Assembly: GCA_964291235.2 (NCBI GenBank)
Contig: OZ219815.1
Span: 128,001-192,000 of the forward strand
Reading direction: 5' to 3'
Length of the DNA: 64,000 bases
Origin: Vicinamibacteria bacterium
GTDB lineage: Bacteria; Acidobacteriota; Vicinamibacteria; Marinacidobacterales; Marinacidobacteraceae
Shown: positions 38,750-47,142 of the stretch, one piece after another
Position numbering within the stretch: position 1 is the first letter of the stretch
Layout of the letters: every line of letters starts with the position of its first letter
Translations under genes and position numbers: made by a program
Notes under the pieces: generated by a model
What the model saw: only the letters and a program-made list of their open reading frames with translations
Database searches by the model: none
What the model was told of the DNA's origin: nothing

Positions 38750-38956
38750 CAGCCCGTGGACGAGGTGGCGTGAGCACCGAGGCCCCGCCGGGGCACTGCC
38801 CTGCAAGAGGTGCGGCTGACCCAGTTCTCGCGGCGGCGCCAGACAGAGGAAGCCCTGGCGTACTTCGACCGAAGCGCAACGACGAGTGAAGCAAGGGCAA
38901 GCGGTTCAGCCGGTATGTTTGTTGGTCCAACGCCACCTCACCTCGTTTACAGGCTG
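38750..38956. mobile_element. MITE-like element with CAGCC...GGCTG terminal inverted repeats at the left edge of the sterol cassette
   Basis: Left end CAGCCCGTGGACGAGGTG vs reverse complement of right end CAGCCTGTAAACGAGGTG (15/18); no credible ORF inside. Confidence 0.55.
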
Positions 38957-39169
38957 TTCTCGCCGTGGAGCCGCAGGGCTGGCGGCCTCTCAATTACACT
39001 AGCCCCGGTTGCGGGGGAGGAATGTGGGGGGAGGAGAGTCTTGGTTCCGGCTGACTCCAGCCGCTCCACCCCCTCCGTCCCGACCACCGCTGACGGGGAC
39101 GCAACGCCCGGGTCGCCTTCTTCATCCTCCGCAGGCGCGAAGATCCGGCGTCGCAGATTCGAGTGAACT

Positions 39170-40252
39170 ATGAAATCCGGAACCAGGCCAGGACCAGCCA
39201 TGCGGCCCACCGGGCAAATCCGTGAACTGTCCGATGGGCTGAGAAGCGCGTTCGACGGATCGAACGTCAAGGACCGGGTGCAGGACTTCGAAGGATGGAC
39301 CGACCGGGCGTCCCACGCAGATTCCACCCGGGAGTACGACCACACGCGGACCGTCAGGGAGTACTACGACCTCTGTACCGAGTTCATGGTCTGGGGCTGG
39401 GGAGAATCCCTGCACTTTGCGCCGCTGTCGCCTTTCGAGAGCTTGGAGGACTCGAAGATCAGGCACCAGAGAGTCATGATCTCCAAACTCGACCTGCGTC
39501 CGGACATGACGGTGATTGATGTCGGCTGCGGGATCGGCGGTCCGATGCGCCGCGTCGCCCGTGAGGCCGGAGTCAGGGTTGTCGGGATCAACGCCAGTGA
39601 AGTCCAGAGCAACAAGGCCAGGCAATTGAACACCGCTGCGGGACTCGATGACATGACCGAATGTCTGCAATGCAGCTTCATGGACATGAGTGCGATCGCG
39701 GACGAGACCTTCGACCGTGGCTACGCGATCGAATCAACCTGCCATGCGGCCGACAAGGTGGGCGCGTTCGCCGAAATCTACCGTGTCCTGAAGCCCGGAG
39801 CTCTCTTCTGGGGCCAGGAAATGTGCATGACGGACATCTACGACCCGGGCAGCGACCAGCAACGCGCCATCAAGCGGGAGCTCATGCACGGCATCGCGCT
39901 CAAGGACATCGCGACGTTCGGCGAGGTGCATCGGGCGCTCGAAACCGCCGGATTCGAAGTCGTGGAGGGGGCGGATCTCGCCATCGGTCAACAGCGTCCG
40001 CACACGCCGTGGTATCAGCCCATGGAAACGCGGCGCGGGCTGCCCGGGAGCACTTTCCGCCGGATTCCGGTGGGTCGCAGGGCGACGGGGTGGGGAATCA
40101 GGATAGCGGAGTTCCTCGGTGTGTTCCCGAAGGGCTCGGCGGAGGTGGTCGCACTGCTGGATCGGACCGCAAACGCCTATGTCGCGGGGGGCAGGACGGG
40201 AATCTTCACACCGCTTTACTGCTTCGTGGCGCGCCGGCCTCTTTCGGGTTAG
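39170..40252 (+). CDS. Sterol 24-C-methyltransferase (ERG6/SMT)-like SAM methyltransferase
   Basis: All SMT signature regions in order: YYDLCTEFMVWGWGESLHFAP (Region I), IDVGCGIGGP (II), YAIESTCHA (III), FAEIYRVLKPG (IV), PWYQP and C-terminal GGRTGIFTPLYCFVARRP. Confidence 0.85.
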   Translation: MKSGTRPGPAMRPTGQIRELSDGLRSAFDGSNVKDRVQDFEGWTDRASHADSTREYDHTRTVREYYDLCTEFMVWGWGESLHFAPLSPFESLEDSKIRHQRVMISKLDLRPDMTVIDVGCGIGGPMRRVAREAGVRVVGINASEVQSNKARQLNTAAGLDDMTECLQCSFMDMSAIADETFDRGYAIESTCHAADKVGAFAEIYRVLKPGALFWGQEMCMTDIYDPGSDQQRAIKRELMHGIALKDIATFGEVHRALETAGFEVVEGADLAIGQQRPHTPWYQPMETRRGLPGSTFRRIPVGRRATGWGIRIAEFLGVFPKGSAEVVALLDRTANAYVAGGRTGIFTPLYCFVARRPLSG

Positions 40253-40289
40253 CCCCGCCCACCTGGGGGCTCTTCCCCCCGCGCGCCCG

Positions 40290-43200
40290 TCAACCGGACG
40301 CCTCGCTGGCCAGTTCTCGCCGCGCCGAGGTCAGGCGCAGATGGAACGAGGAAAGCGCGGGCACCAGAAACACGATGAGGACCGTGGTGAAGACGATGCC
40401 GCAGCCGATCGAGGCGGAGAAGGGAACGAAGAACTGCGCCTGAATCGCGTCTTCGAGAATCAGGGGCGTGAAGCCGAGAAAGGTCGTCAGGGACGTCAGC
40501 ATGATCGGGCGGAAACGCCCCTTCGCACCCTCGATGATCGCGGTTCGCGCCGGGACGCCGTCCCGGAGTTTCTGATCGGTGAAATCGATCATCACCAGGG
40601 AATCGTTCACCACCACGCCGGCGAGGCCGAAGATCCCGACAAAGGATTGCGCGCTCACGGCTACCCCCAGCACCCAGTGACCCAGGATCACGCCGATGAA
40701 CCCGAACGGGATGATGGCCATGACGATGAACGGTTTGGTGTAGGAGCGCAGGGGGATGGCCAGCAGCGCGAAGATCATGAGCAGCGCGATCACGAATCCC
40801 CGATAGAGACCGCCCAGAGAGTCGAGTTGCTGCTGCTGTTCCCCTCCGAAGGTGTACGTGAGATCCGGGTTCTCGGCGATGAGCCCCGCCAGGATGGTGT
40901 TCTCGAGAATGTCATTGGCGGTCCCGGCGGAAATCACACTGGGATCGACGTCAGCGCTCACCGTGACCACGCGCTGGCCGTCCTGGCGCCGGATGGCCGG
41001 CGGGGAGGTGCCCGAACTCAGGGAAGCCACCCGGCTTATCGGCACGTCGGCGCCGGCTGGCGTCCGGAGCCGGTAACTTTCAACGTCGGTGATCGAGTTC
41101 CGCTGCTCCTCGGGCAGCCGGACGTAAACCCGAACTTCGTCACGTCCTCGCTGCACCCGGACGGCTTCCGCGCCAAAGAAGGCGGCTCGCGTCTGCCACG
41201 CAAGGTCGTCAAGCGTCAGGCCGAAGGTGCGCGCTTCGGGGAGCATTCCCACTTGGATCTCCGGGATGCCGGGAGTGTGATCCGAGCGGATGTCGAAGAC
41301 GCCGCCGACTCCGCCGAGATCTGCGACAGTGGAACTCGCGATCTCGTTGAGGCGTTCCGGATCCGGGTGGGACAGCGCGGCTTCGAGCGGGTTTCCCAGG
41401 GTGAAGATCTGGCTGAAGAAGGTGACCGCCCGCGCCTGAGGCAGGACACCCACCTCCTCACGCCATGCCTGGACGACATCTCCCGAAGTGATGCGCCGCT
41501 GCTGCGCACTCAGGAGCTTGAACTCGATGGTGGCGAGTTTGGCTTCCGGGTTCAGGGTGGGAGAGGGGTTGAGCCCCCCGGTCTCGATTCGAGACCGCCG
41601 ACCGACGACGACCGTAACGCCGGACAGCAGCGGAGGCGCATCCGCGGACCGGCCTTCGGAAAGCCGCTCGATGGCCCTGCGACCGGCCACTTCGAGTTCC
41701 TGCGCCACGGCGTACGTTTGCCGCGCGGTTGTGCCGTCCGGCATCTCGAGCGTGGCGATTGCGAAATCGCCTTCGACCTCGGTCGTGAAGACGGCCGGGA
41801 CGATGCCGGCGGGAATGAGCGAAACGCTCAGGATGAGCAGCGCCACGGCCCCCGAGACCGTTACCCCGGGCCAGTCCGTCGCGAACTGGATCCCGCGATC
41901 CAGCGGCCCTTGGACAAAGCTGTTCAGCAGTGAATCGACACGATTCTGGATTCGGGCGACGAATCGTTCGAAGCGCGTGCCGGGAACCCAATCCGGGCCG
42001 TGCAGATGATGGGACAGGTGGTTGGGCAGCACCAGCAGCGATTCGGCCAACGAAAACAGCAGCATGGCAATGACGATGATCGGCAGCGCCTTCCAGACCT
42101 CGCCGAACCCTGCAGGTATGAAGAGCAGGGGAACGAACGCCACGATCGTCGTCAGCACCGCGAAGATCAGCGGCACCTTGATGCGTCTCGCCCCCCGGAT
42201 TGCCGCCACGACCCCCTGCGCACCGCGCCTTCGTTCGAGGTGGATGTGCTCCGACACGACGATCGCATCGTCCACGACGATGCCGATGGCGAGTACGAAA
42301 GAGAAGAGCGACACCGCGTGGAGCGGAATGTCGAACACCAACATGGCGGCCAGCGCGCCGATTCCGGAAACGCCGAGACCGACGGCGACCCAGAAAGCCA
42401 GCCGGAGTTGGAGGAAAAGACCCAGCGCGAGCAGGACCAGCAACAGCCCCAAGGCCCCATTCTTGAGGAGTAGGGTGGCGCGCTCCACAAAGGTCGAAGA
42501 GTCGTCGAGCCAGATGTTGATGCCCACGCCGTCAGGGAGCATGGGGATCGCCTCGTTCGTGACGTAGCCGCGCACCGCGCGCGCCAAATCCATCACCTTC
42601 TCGCCGTCGGCTCGCGAGATGTCGACGAACACGGCAGGGTGGCCCTCGTGCCGGACGATCAGACCGGCGTCCTGGAAGCCGTCGCGCACCTCGGCAATGT
42701 CACCCAGGCGCACAACGGTGCCGTCGTCGTGCCCGAGGATGACGATGTCCTCGAAATCCTGCTGGTCGTAACTCTGACCGAGGGTCCGAATCCGCACCTG
42801 GGACTGCTCGGTATCGATGCTCCCCGCGGACAGGTCCAGGGAACCTCGGCGAATCGTATTGGCGATGTCGGTCAGCGTGAGCCCAAGAGCCCGCAACCGC
42901 TCCAGCGGCACCTCGATCGAGATCTCGTAGTTGCGCACCCCGCTGGTAGCGACCTGGGACACGTTGGGGAGCGCGGCGAGATCGTCCTCGATACGGTAGG
43001 CGAGTTCCTTCAGCGAGCGTTCGGGAACGTCGCCGTAGAGGATGAGGCGCATTGTGCTCTCGGCGTTCGTCATTTCCCGGATCTGCGGCCGCTCGGCACC
43101 TCCCGGGAAGGTCTGGATCCGCGCGACCGCCGACTCGATTTCATCCTTCTTGGCGTCCATGTCCGTCCCCGAGTTCACTTCGACCCTGACGGACGCCATC

Positions 43201-43493
43201 CCCGGGGCCGCTATGGAGCGGACCGCCTTCACGTCGGCCAGTCCCCGGACCTGATCCTCGATCTTGACGACGATGGCCTCCTCCACCTCTTCGGGCGTCG
43301 CGCCGGGAAACGGCACCGAGATTTCGAACTGGTTGAAGGGCACCGTGGGCCACCCTTCCTGCTCGAGGCCGGTCAGCGACACCAGGCCCACGGCGAGGAT
43401 GCCGAACATCAGCAGATTGGACGCGACGCCGTTGCTCGCCATGTAGGCGATCGGTCCGCGGGGTTCGGCGTGGTTGCCTCGGTCGGAACTCAT
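40290..43493 (-). CDS. RND efflux permease (AcrB/AcrD/AcrF family)
   Basis: FPGATPEEVEE, VRLGDIAEV, IGIVVDDAIVVSE, LTTIVAFVPL, GVVVNDSLV, RFRPIMLTSLTTFLGFTPL. Confidence 0.95.
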   Translation of the reverse strand: MSSDRGNHAEPRGPIAYMASNGVASNLLMFGILAVGLVSLTGLEQEGWPTVPFNQFEISVPFPGATPEEVEEAIVVKIEDQVRGLADVKAVRSIAAPGMASVRVEVNSGTDMDAKKDEIESAVARIQTFPGGAERPQIREMTNAESTMRLILYGDVPERSLKELAYRIEDDLAALPNVSQVATSGVRNYEISIEVPLERLRALGLTLTDIANTIRRGSLDLSAGSIDTEQSQVRIRTLGQSYDQQDFEDIVILGHDDGTVVRLGDIAEVRDGFQDAGLIVRHEGHPAVFVDISRADGEKVMDLARAVRGYVTNEAIPMLPDGVGINIWLDDSSTFVERATLLLKNGALGLLLVLLALGLFLQLRLAFWVAVGLGVSGIGALAAMLVFDIPLHAVSLFSFVLAIGIVVDDAIVVSEHIHLERRRGAQGVVAAIRGARRIKVPLIFAVLTTIVAFVPLLFIPAGFGEVWKALPIIVIAMLLFSLAESLLVLPNHLSHHLHGPDWVPGTRFERFVARIQNRVDSLLNSFVQGPLDRGIQFATDWPGVTVSGAVALLILSVSLIPAGIVPAVFTTEVEGDFAIATLEMPDGTTARQTYAVAQELEVAGRRAIERLSEGRSADAPPLLSGVTVVVGRRSRIETGGLNPSPTLNPEAKLATIEFKLLSAQQRRITSGDVVQAWREEVGVLPQARAVTFFSQIFTLGNPLEAALSHPDPERLNEIASSTVADLGGVGGVFDIRSDHTPGIPEIQVGMLPEARTFGLTLDDLAWQTRAAFFGAEAVRVQRGRDEVRVYVRLPEEQRNSITDVESYRLRTPAGADVPISRVASLSSGTSPPAIRRQDGQRVVTVSADVDPSVISAGTANDILENTILAGLIAENPDLTYTFGGEQQQQLDSLGGLYRGFVIALLMIFALLAIPLRSYTKPFIVMAIIPFGFIGVILGHWVLGVAVSAQSFVGIFGLAGVVVNDSLVMIDFTDQKLRDGVPARTAIIEGAKGRFRPIMLTSLTTFLGFTPLILEDAIQAQFFVPFSASIGCGIVFTTVLIVFLVPALSSFHLRLTSARRELASEASG

Positions 43494-43560
43494 CGGCAAG
43501 GGGCGGGGCGGATCCAGAAATGCGCTCGCGTGTCGGTCGCGCGGCTATCGGCCTCCGCGC

Positions 43561-45582
43561 TCACACGGGATTCGGGATTTGCGCGACCCGGAACTTCAGT
43601 TTCCGGTTCGGGGCCAGGGTCGGGAACGGATTGATGCCCAGCTTGTAGTTGTCGGGCGCCACTTCAAGCTGCAGGTGATACGCGATGAGCAGGACGTTCA
43701 CGGCCATCTGAAGCTCCACCCACCGATGGCCGAGGCACATGTGCGTACCCAGGCCGTAGGGCGCATAGGCGCCCGGTTGCAAATGTTCCGCCCGGTCCGG
43801 GAGGTACCGATCGATGTCGAACTTCAGGGGATCCTTGTACAAGTCATCGGAATAGTGCGGCACCGTCTGGCAAATCAATGCCATCGTCTTCGTCGGTATC
43901 CCGTATCCACTGACAACGCACTCGTTCATGACCGTTCTCAACTGCCAGGGAATCACTGGATACATACGCGAGGATTCCATGCAGAGACGAACCGTGACGT
44001 CGACGCTGTCGTGACTGAAATCATCGTCCTTCGGTTCACGACCGTTACCGAAGAGCGACTCCGCCTCACTACGGATCCTCGCGTACACCTCCGGGTTGCG
44101 AACCATGTTGTACACCGCGAAGGCGAGTCCGCTGCCGAGGTAGATGCTGGCAACCATGGCCGCCACGAACGGAAACGTAAGGTCGGTTTCGGGCAAGAAC
44201 TGTGGATCGCTCTTGTGGAGCTCGAGAAGCGCATCGGCGATGTCCCGGGGCTTCCCCTTGCGCTGGGCCGGCGTGTGTGATGCCGTGATCGCCTCCTGGA
44301 GGCTCTTGACATGCCTTCCGTAGCGTTTCATTCTCGGCGTGGACAGCATGAAATCCGGCAAGGCGCCCTGAACCCGCGTTACCAGCGCGCGGTGTTCAAA
44401 AGCCAGCAACTCGTCCACATAGTGGCTGCAGTCCACTCCCATCGTGAGGTGCGAGATCTGACTGCTGATGTGGTGTTGAAAGCTCTCGGTGCCGCGGAAG
44501 ATGTCCCCCTGTTGCCACCGGCCCAGCGACTTGCGGCAGTCGTCGATCAGCTCCGGTAGTCGCCGCGCCAACGTGGCCCGGGAATACGCGCTCTGGAGCG
44601 ACTTTCGCATTCGATAGTGTTCGGCCCCATCCATTCCCGGCAGGCTCCGGGAGGCTCCGAATGCACGTTCCAGCCGCTCGATGTAGTCCTTGGAACGGAG
44701 GTAGAATCGCCCGTGCTGGTTTACCCAGCGATTGACATCCGGACCCATCAAGGCAACCACCGGCGCACCCCGGATCTTGAAGGGCATTCGGACGACGGGT
44801 CCCTGTTGTCGGTAGATACCGTGCATCGCCTTCGGGATGTTGCCCGAAAGGAAATCACGTTCCCGCAGGACACCGAGGAATCGGAGCCGCGGAATGGGTT
44901 TGGTCCGGAGAACGCGGCGGGTCTTCGGCTTCGCGGTGCTGTCCTTCACGGCGGCGGCAACCGTCCGCCCGATGAGATCCAGCCTGGCTACCAGTTCGAT
45001 GCGGTCGAGGCGCTCGTCGTAGTCCTCTTCCTCGAGCAGCATCTTGAACCCGCCACAGGTGTGCATCAGGGCCACGAGGATCGCATCGCGCGGGTCGGGT
45101 ATCTCGTCGTTCAGGATGACGCTCAGGACTCTCGTCTTGGATTCGCCGCGGGACTCGGCGGCTTGGGCCGGGTAGGTTCCCGAATGGGAGACATCGCGAG
45201 AGAGGCCCCAGAATCCGCCGGTCTGGTGCGTGAGGATGTTCCGCTCCACCAGGCGGTCGAGCGTTGCCGCCACGATCTCGTCGGTGCGGCGCGCGTTTCG
45301 TTCGATCCAGAACTGGGCGTCCGATTTCTCATCGGACTCGGCGATGTCCTTGAGCGTCGGGTCGAGCAGGTCGTCGCCGGTCGGGGTGGGGTCCACCAGG
45401 TACAGCCGTTCCAGATCGGTCTCGATGCGCCGTTCCAGCGCCAGGTCGGCGAGCACCGCTCCGGCCATGACACAGGAGAAATCCCATCCCGGAACCATTT
45501 CCAGATAGCCGCTCTGCTCGTCGAGCATCAGGAGGATCAACTCCTCGGCGATGCGGATCGGGAACTGGGTAGCCGCGCTCAT
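43561..45582 (-). CDS. Fusion protein: N-terminal GPP34/GOLPH3-like domain + cytochrome P450
   Basis: GGAGG SD, ATG 45582. N-terminal IAEELILLMLD..SG, AGAVLADLALERRI, PTGDDLLD, LVERNIL, P.PRDA.LVAL (GPP34-like). C-terminal ESSR (ExxR), DPLKFDIDRY and PYGLGTHMCLG (heme Cys). Confidence 0.88.
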   Translation of the reverse strand: MSAATQFPIRIAEELILLMLDEQSGYLEMVPGWDFSCVMAGAVLADLALERRIETDLERLYLVDPTPTGDDLLDPTLKDIAESDEKSDAQFWIERNARRTDEIVAATLDRLVERNILTHQTGGFWGLSRDVSHSGTYPAQAAESRGESKTRVLSVILNDEIPDPRDAILVALMHTCGGFKMLLEEEDYDERLDRIELVARLDLIGRTVAAAVKDSTAKPKTRRVLRTKPIPRLRFLGVLRERDFLSGNIPKAMHGIYRQQGPVVRMPFKIRGAPVVALMGPDVNRWVNQHGRFYLRSKDYIERLERAFGASRSLPGMDGAEHYRMRKSLQSAYSRATLARRLPELIDDCRKSLGRWQQGDIFRGTESFQHHISSQISHLTMGVDCSHYVDELLAFEHRALVTRVQGALPDFMLSTPRMKRYGRHVKSLQEAITASHTPAQRKGKPRDIADALLELHKSDPQFLPETDLTFPFVAAMVASIYLGSGLAFAVYNMVRNPEVYARIRSEAESLFGNGREPKDDDFSHDSVDVTVRLCMESSRMYPVIPWQLRTVMNECVVSGYGIPTKTMALICQTVPHYSDDLYKDPLKFDIDRYLPDRAEHLQPGAYAPYGLGTHMCLGHRWVELQMAVNVLLIAYHLQLEVAPDNYKLGINPFPTLAPNRKLKFRVAQIPNPV

Positions 45583-45762
45583 CCTCTTCGACCTCCAGAT
45601 CGAGCGGCTTGAGGCCAAGCCACCAGCCCCTCTGGATGGTCCGGTTGAAATACTAGTCCATTCGCAGGCGGCCGGCGGGTCCGGATTCCCCTGGGATCAC
45701 GACCGCCATCCCCGATGGCGCGCGCCAGAAAGCTGGCCGCGCGCGTGGGTAGAGTAGAAGGC

Positions 45763-47142
45763 ATGGGTGAAGTGAAGGGCAGAACGCCGCGGAGGATTGC
45801 CATCGTGGGTGGGGGCGTCTCGGGCCTGGGGGCCGCCTGGGCGCTCCATCAGCATCCGGACCGCTTCGATTTCCGGCTGTTCGAAGCGCAGGCGCAGCTC
45901 GGCGGCAACGCGATCACCGCCGACATGCCGCAGGACGACGGAAGCACGATCCCGTTCGATATCTCCGTCACCGCCTGTATTCCGTCGGCATACCACCACT
46001 TTGTCCTGCTCATGCAGCAACACGGTATCGAGCTGATCGATACCCGGTTCAACTACAGCGTGAGGTATCGAGGCCAGACATATGCCCATGATTTCGACTC
46101 GGACATCAGGCGGCAGTTGCGGCCCGAAATCGAGAAGTTCCAGCGGCTCCTGAAACGTCTCCATTGGTGGGGGCGGCTCAACCTGTCCCGGTCCAAACTG
46201 CTCAGTGCATGCAATCCGTTCAACTACGTCAGCATGGGCGCGCTGTTGAACCTGGGCAGGTACTCGGGGGACTTCCGGTACAAGGTTCTGAAACCCATGT
46301 TCGTCAATTTCCTGATGGCGACGAACGTGTTCGACATGCCGGCGTCGCTCTTTTCTCGGTATCTGGATTTCTTCGACATCGAAACCGCGACGCCGATGCA
46401 GACGTGGGACCAGGGAACGCGGCGGATCTATCAGGAGCTCTCCGCGGCCTTCCCGGAGAAGATCTACCTGAACCGGCCCGTGCGAAAGGTTCACCGGCGC
46501 CGTACCGAAGTAGTCGTAGAGGACGAGAACGGTACGACCGAGACGTTCGATGACGTCGTTTTCGCGTGCAACGCGAACCAGACGCTGATGCTCCTGGACA
46601 AGCCGACGCGGCTGGAGGGTTGGCTCCTCTCCTCGATCCGGTACGAGAGCGAACTGCACAACCATACGGTCGTCCACTCGGACGCCTCGGTCCTTCCGGA
46701 TAATGAGGTCCAGCCATTGGCCACCCGGAGCAACCACATCGAGCAGTACGGTGCGAGGCCCGACAACTACGAAATCACCTACATCATGCACAACCAGCAG
46801 CCGTGGGCGAACAGGTCGGACAAGCCATGCCTCGTGACCTACAACCCGATCAGTCATATCGACGACAGCAAGATCGTCAAGAAGTGGTGGTTTCAGCACA
46901 TCGTGCACGACGTGCCTCACGTGACGTTTCTGACCCAGATGTTTCGCTTCGTTCAGGGCCGGAGGCGAACCTGGCACTGTGGCGCCCACACCCTGATCAA
47001 CAGCCAGGAGACCTGTTTCGTTTCCGGCCTCGTGACGGCGAGGCAGCTCGGAGCCGGCTACCCGTTCCAGGATCCTGAAGCCAGGAAATGGTTCAACTTC
47101 TACGGACGCGTGATGTACGGCTGGCGCTTCAAGGCCGCGTAG
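45763..47142 (+). CDS. FAD-dependent oxidoreductase (amine-oxidase fold; resembles the NAD/FAD-binding partners of lipid methyltransferases)
   Basis: RIAIVGGGVSGLGAAWAL, FEAQAQLGGNA, FDDVVFAC, VVHSDASVLP, QGRRRTWHCGA, ETCFVSG. Confidence 0.82.
   Translation: MGEVKGRTPRRIAIVGGGVSGLGAAWALHQHPDRFDFRLFEAQAQLGGNAITADMPQDDGSTIPFDISVTACIPSAYHHFVLLMQQHGIELIDTRFNYSVRYRGQTYAHDFDSDIRRQLRPEIEKFQRLLKRLHWWGRLNLSRSKLLSACNPFNYVSMGALLNLGRYSGDFRYKVLKPMFVNFLMATNVFDMPASLFSRYLDFFDIETATPMQTWDQGTRRIYQELSAAFPEKIYLNRPVRKVHRRRTEVVVEDENGTTETFDDVVFACNANQTLMLLDKPTRLEGWLLSSIRYESELHNHTVVHSDASVLPDNEVQPLATRSNHIEQYGARPDNYEITYIMHNQQPWANRSDKPCLVTYNPISHIDDSKIVKKWWFQHIVHDVPHVTFLTQMFRFVQGRRRTWHCGAHTLINSQETCFVSGLVTARQLGAGYPFQDPEARKWFNFYGRVMYGWRFKAA

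Noticed and set aside
38680-38960. Possible integron attC site (GCTAAC / GTTAGC)
   Set aside because: No matching R'/R'' and L boxes, no cassette ORF and no integrase; better explained as a MITE end.
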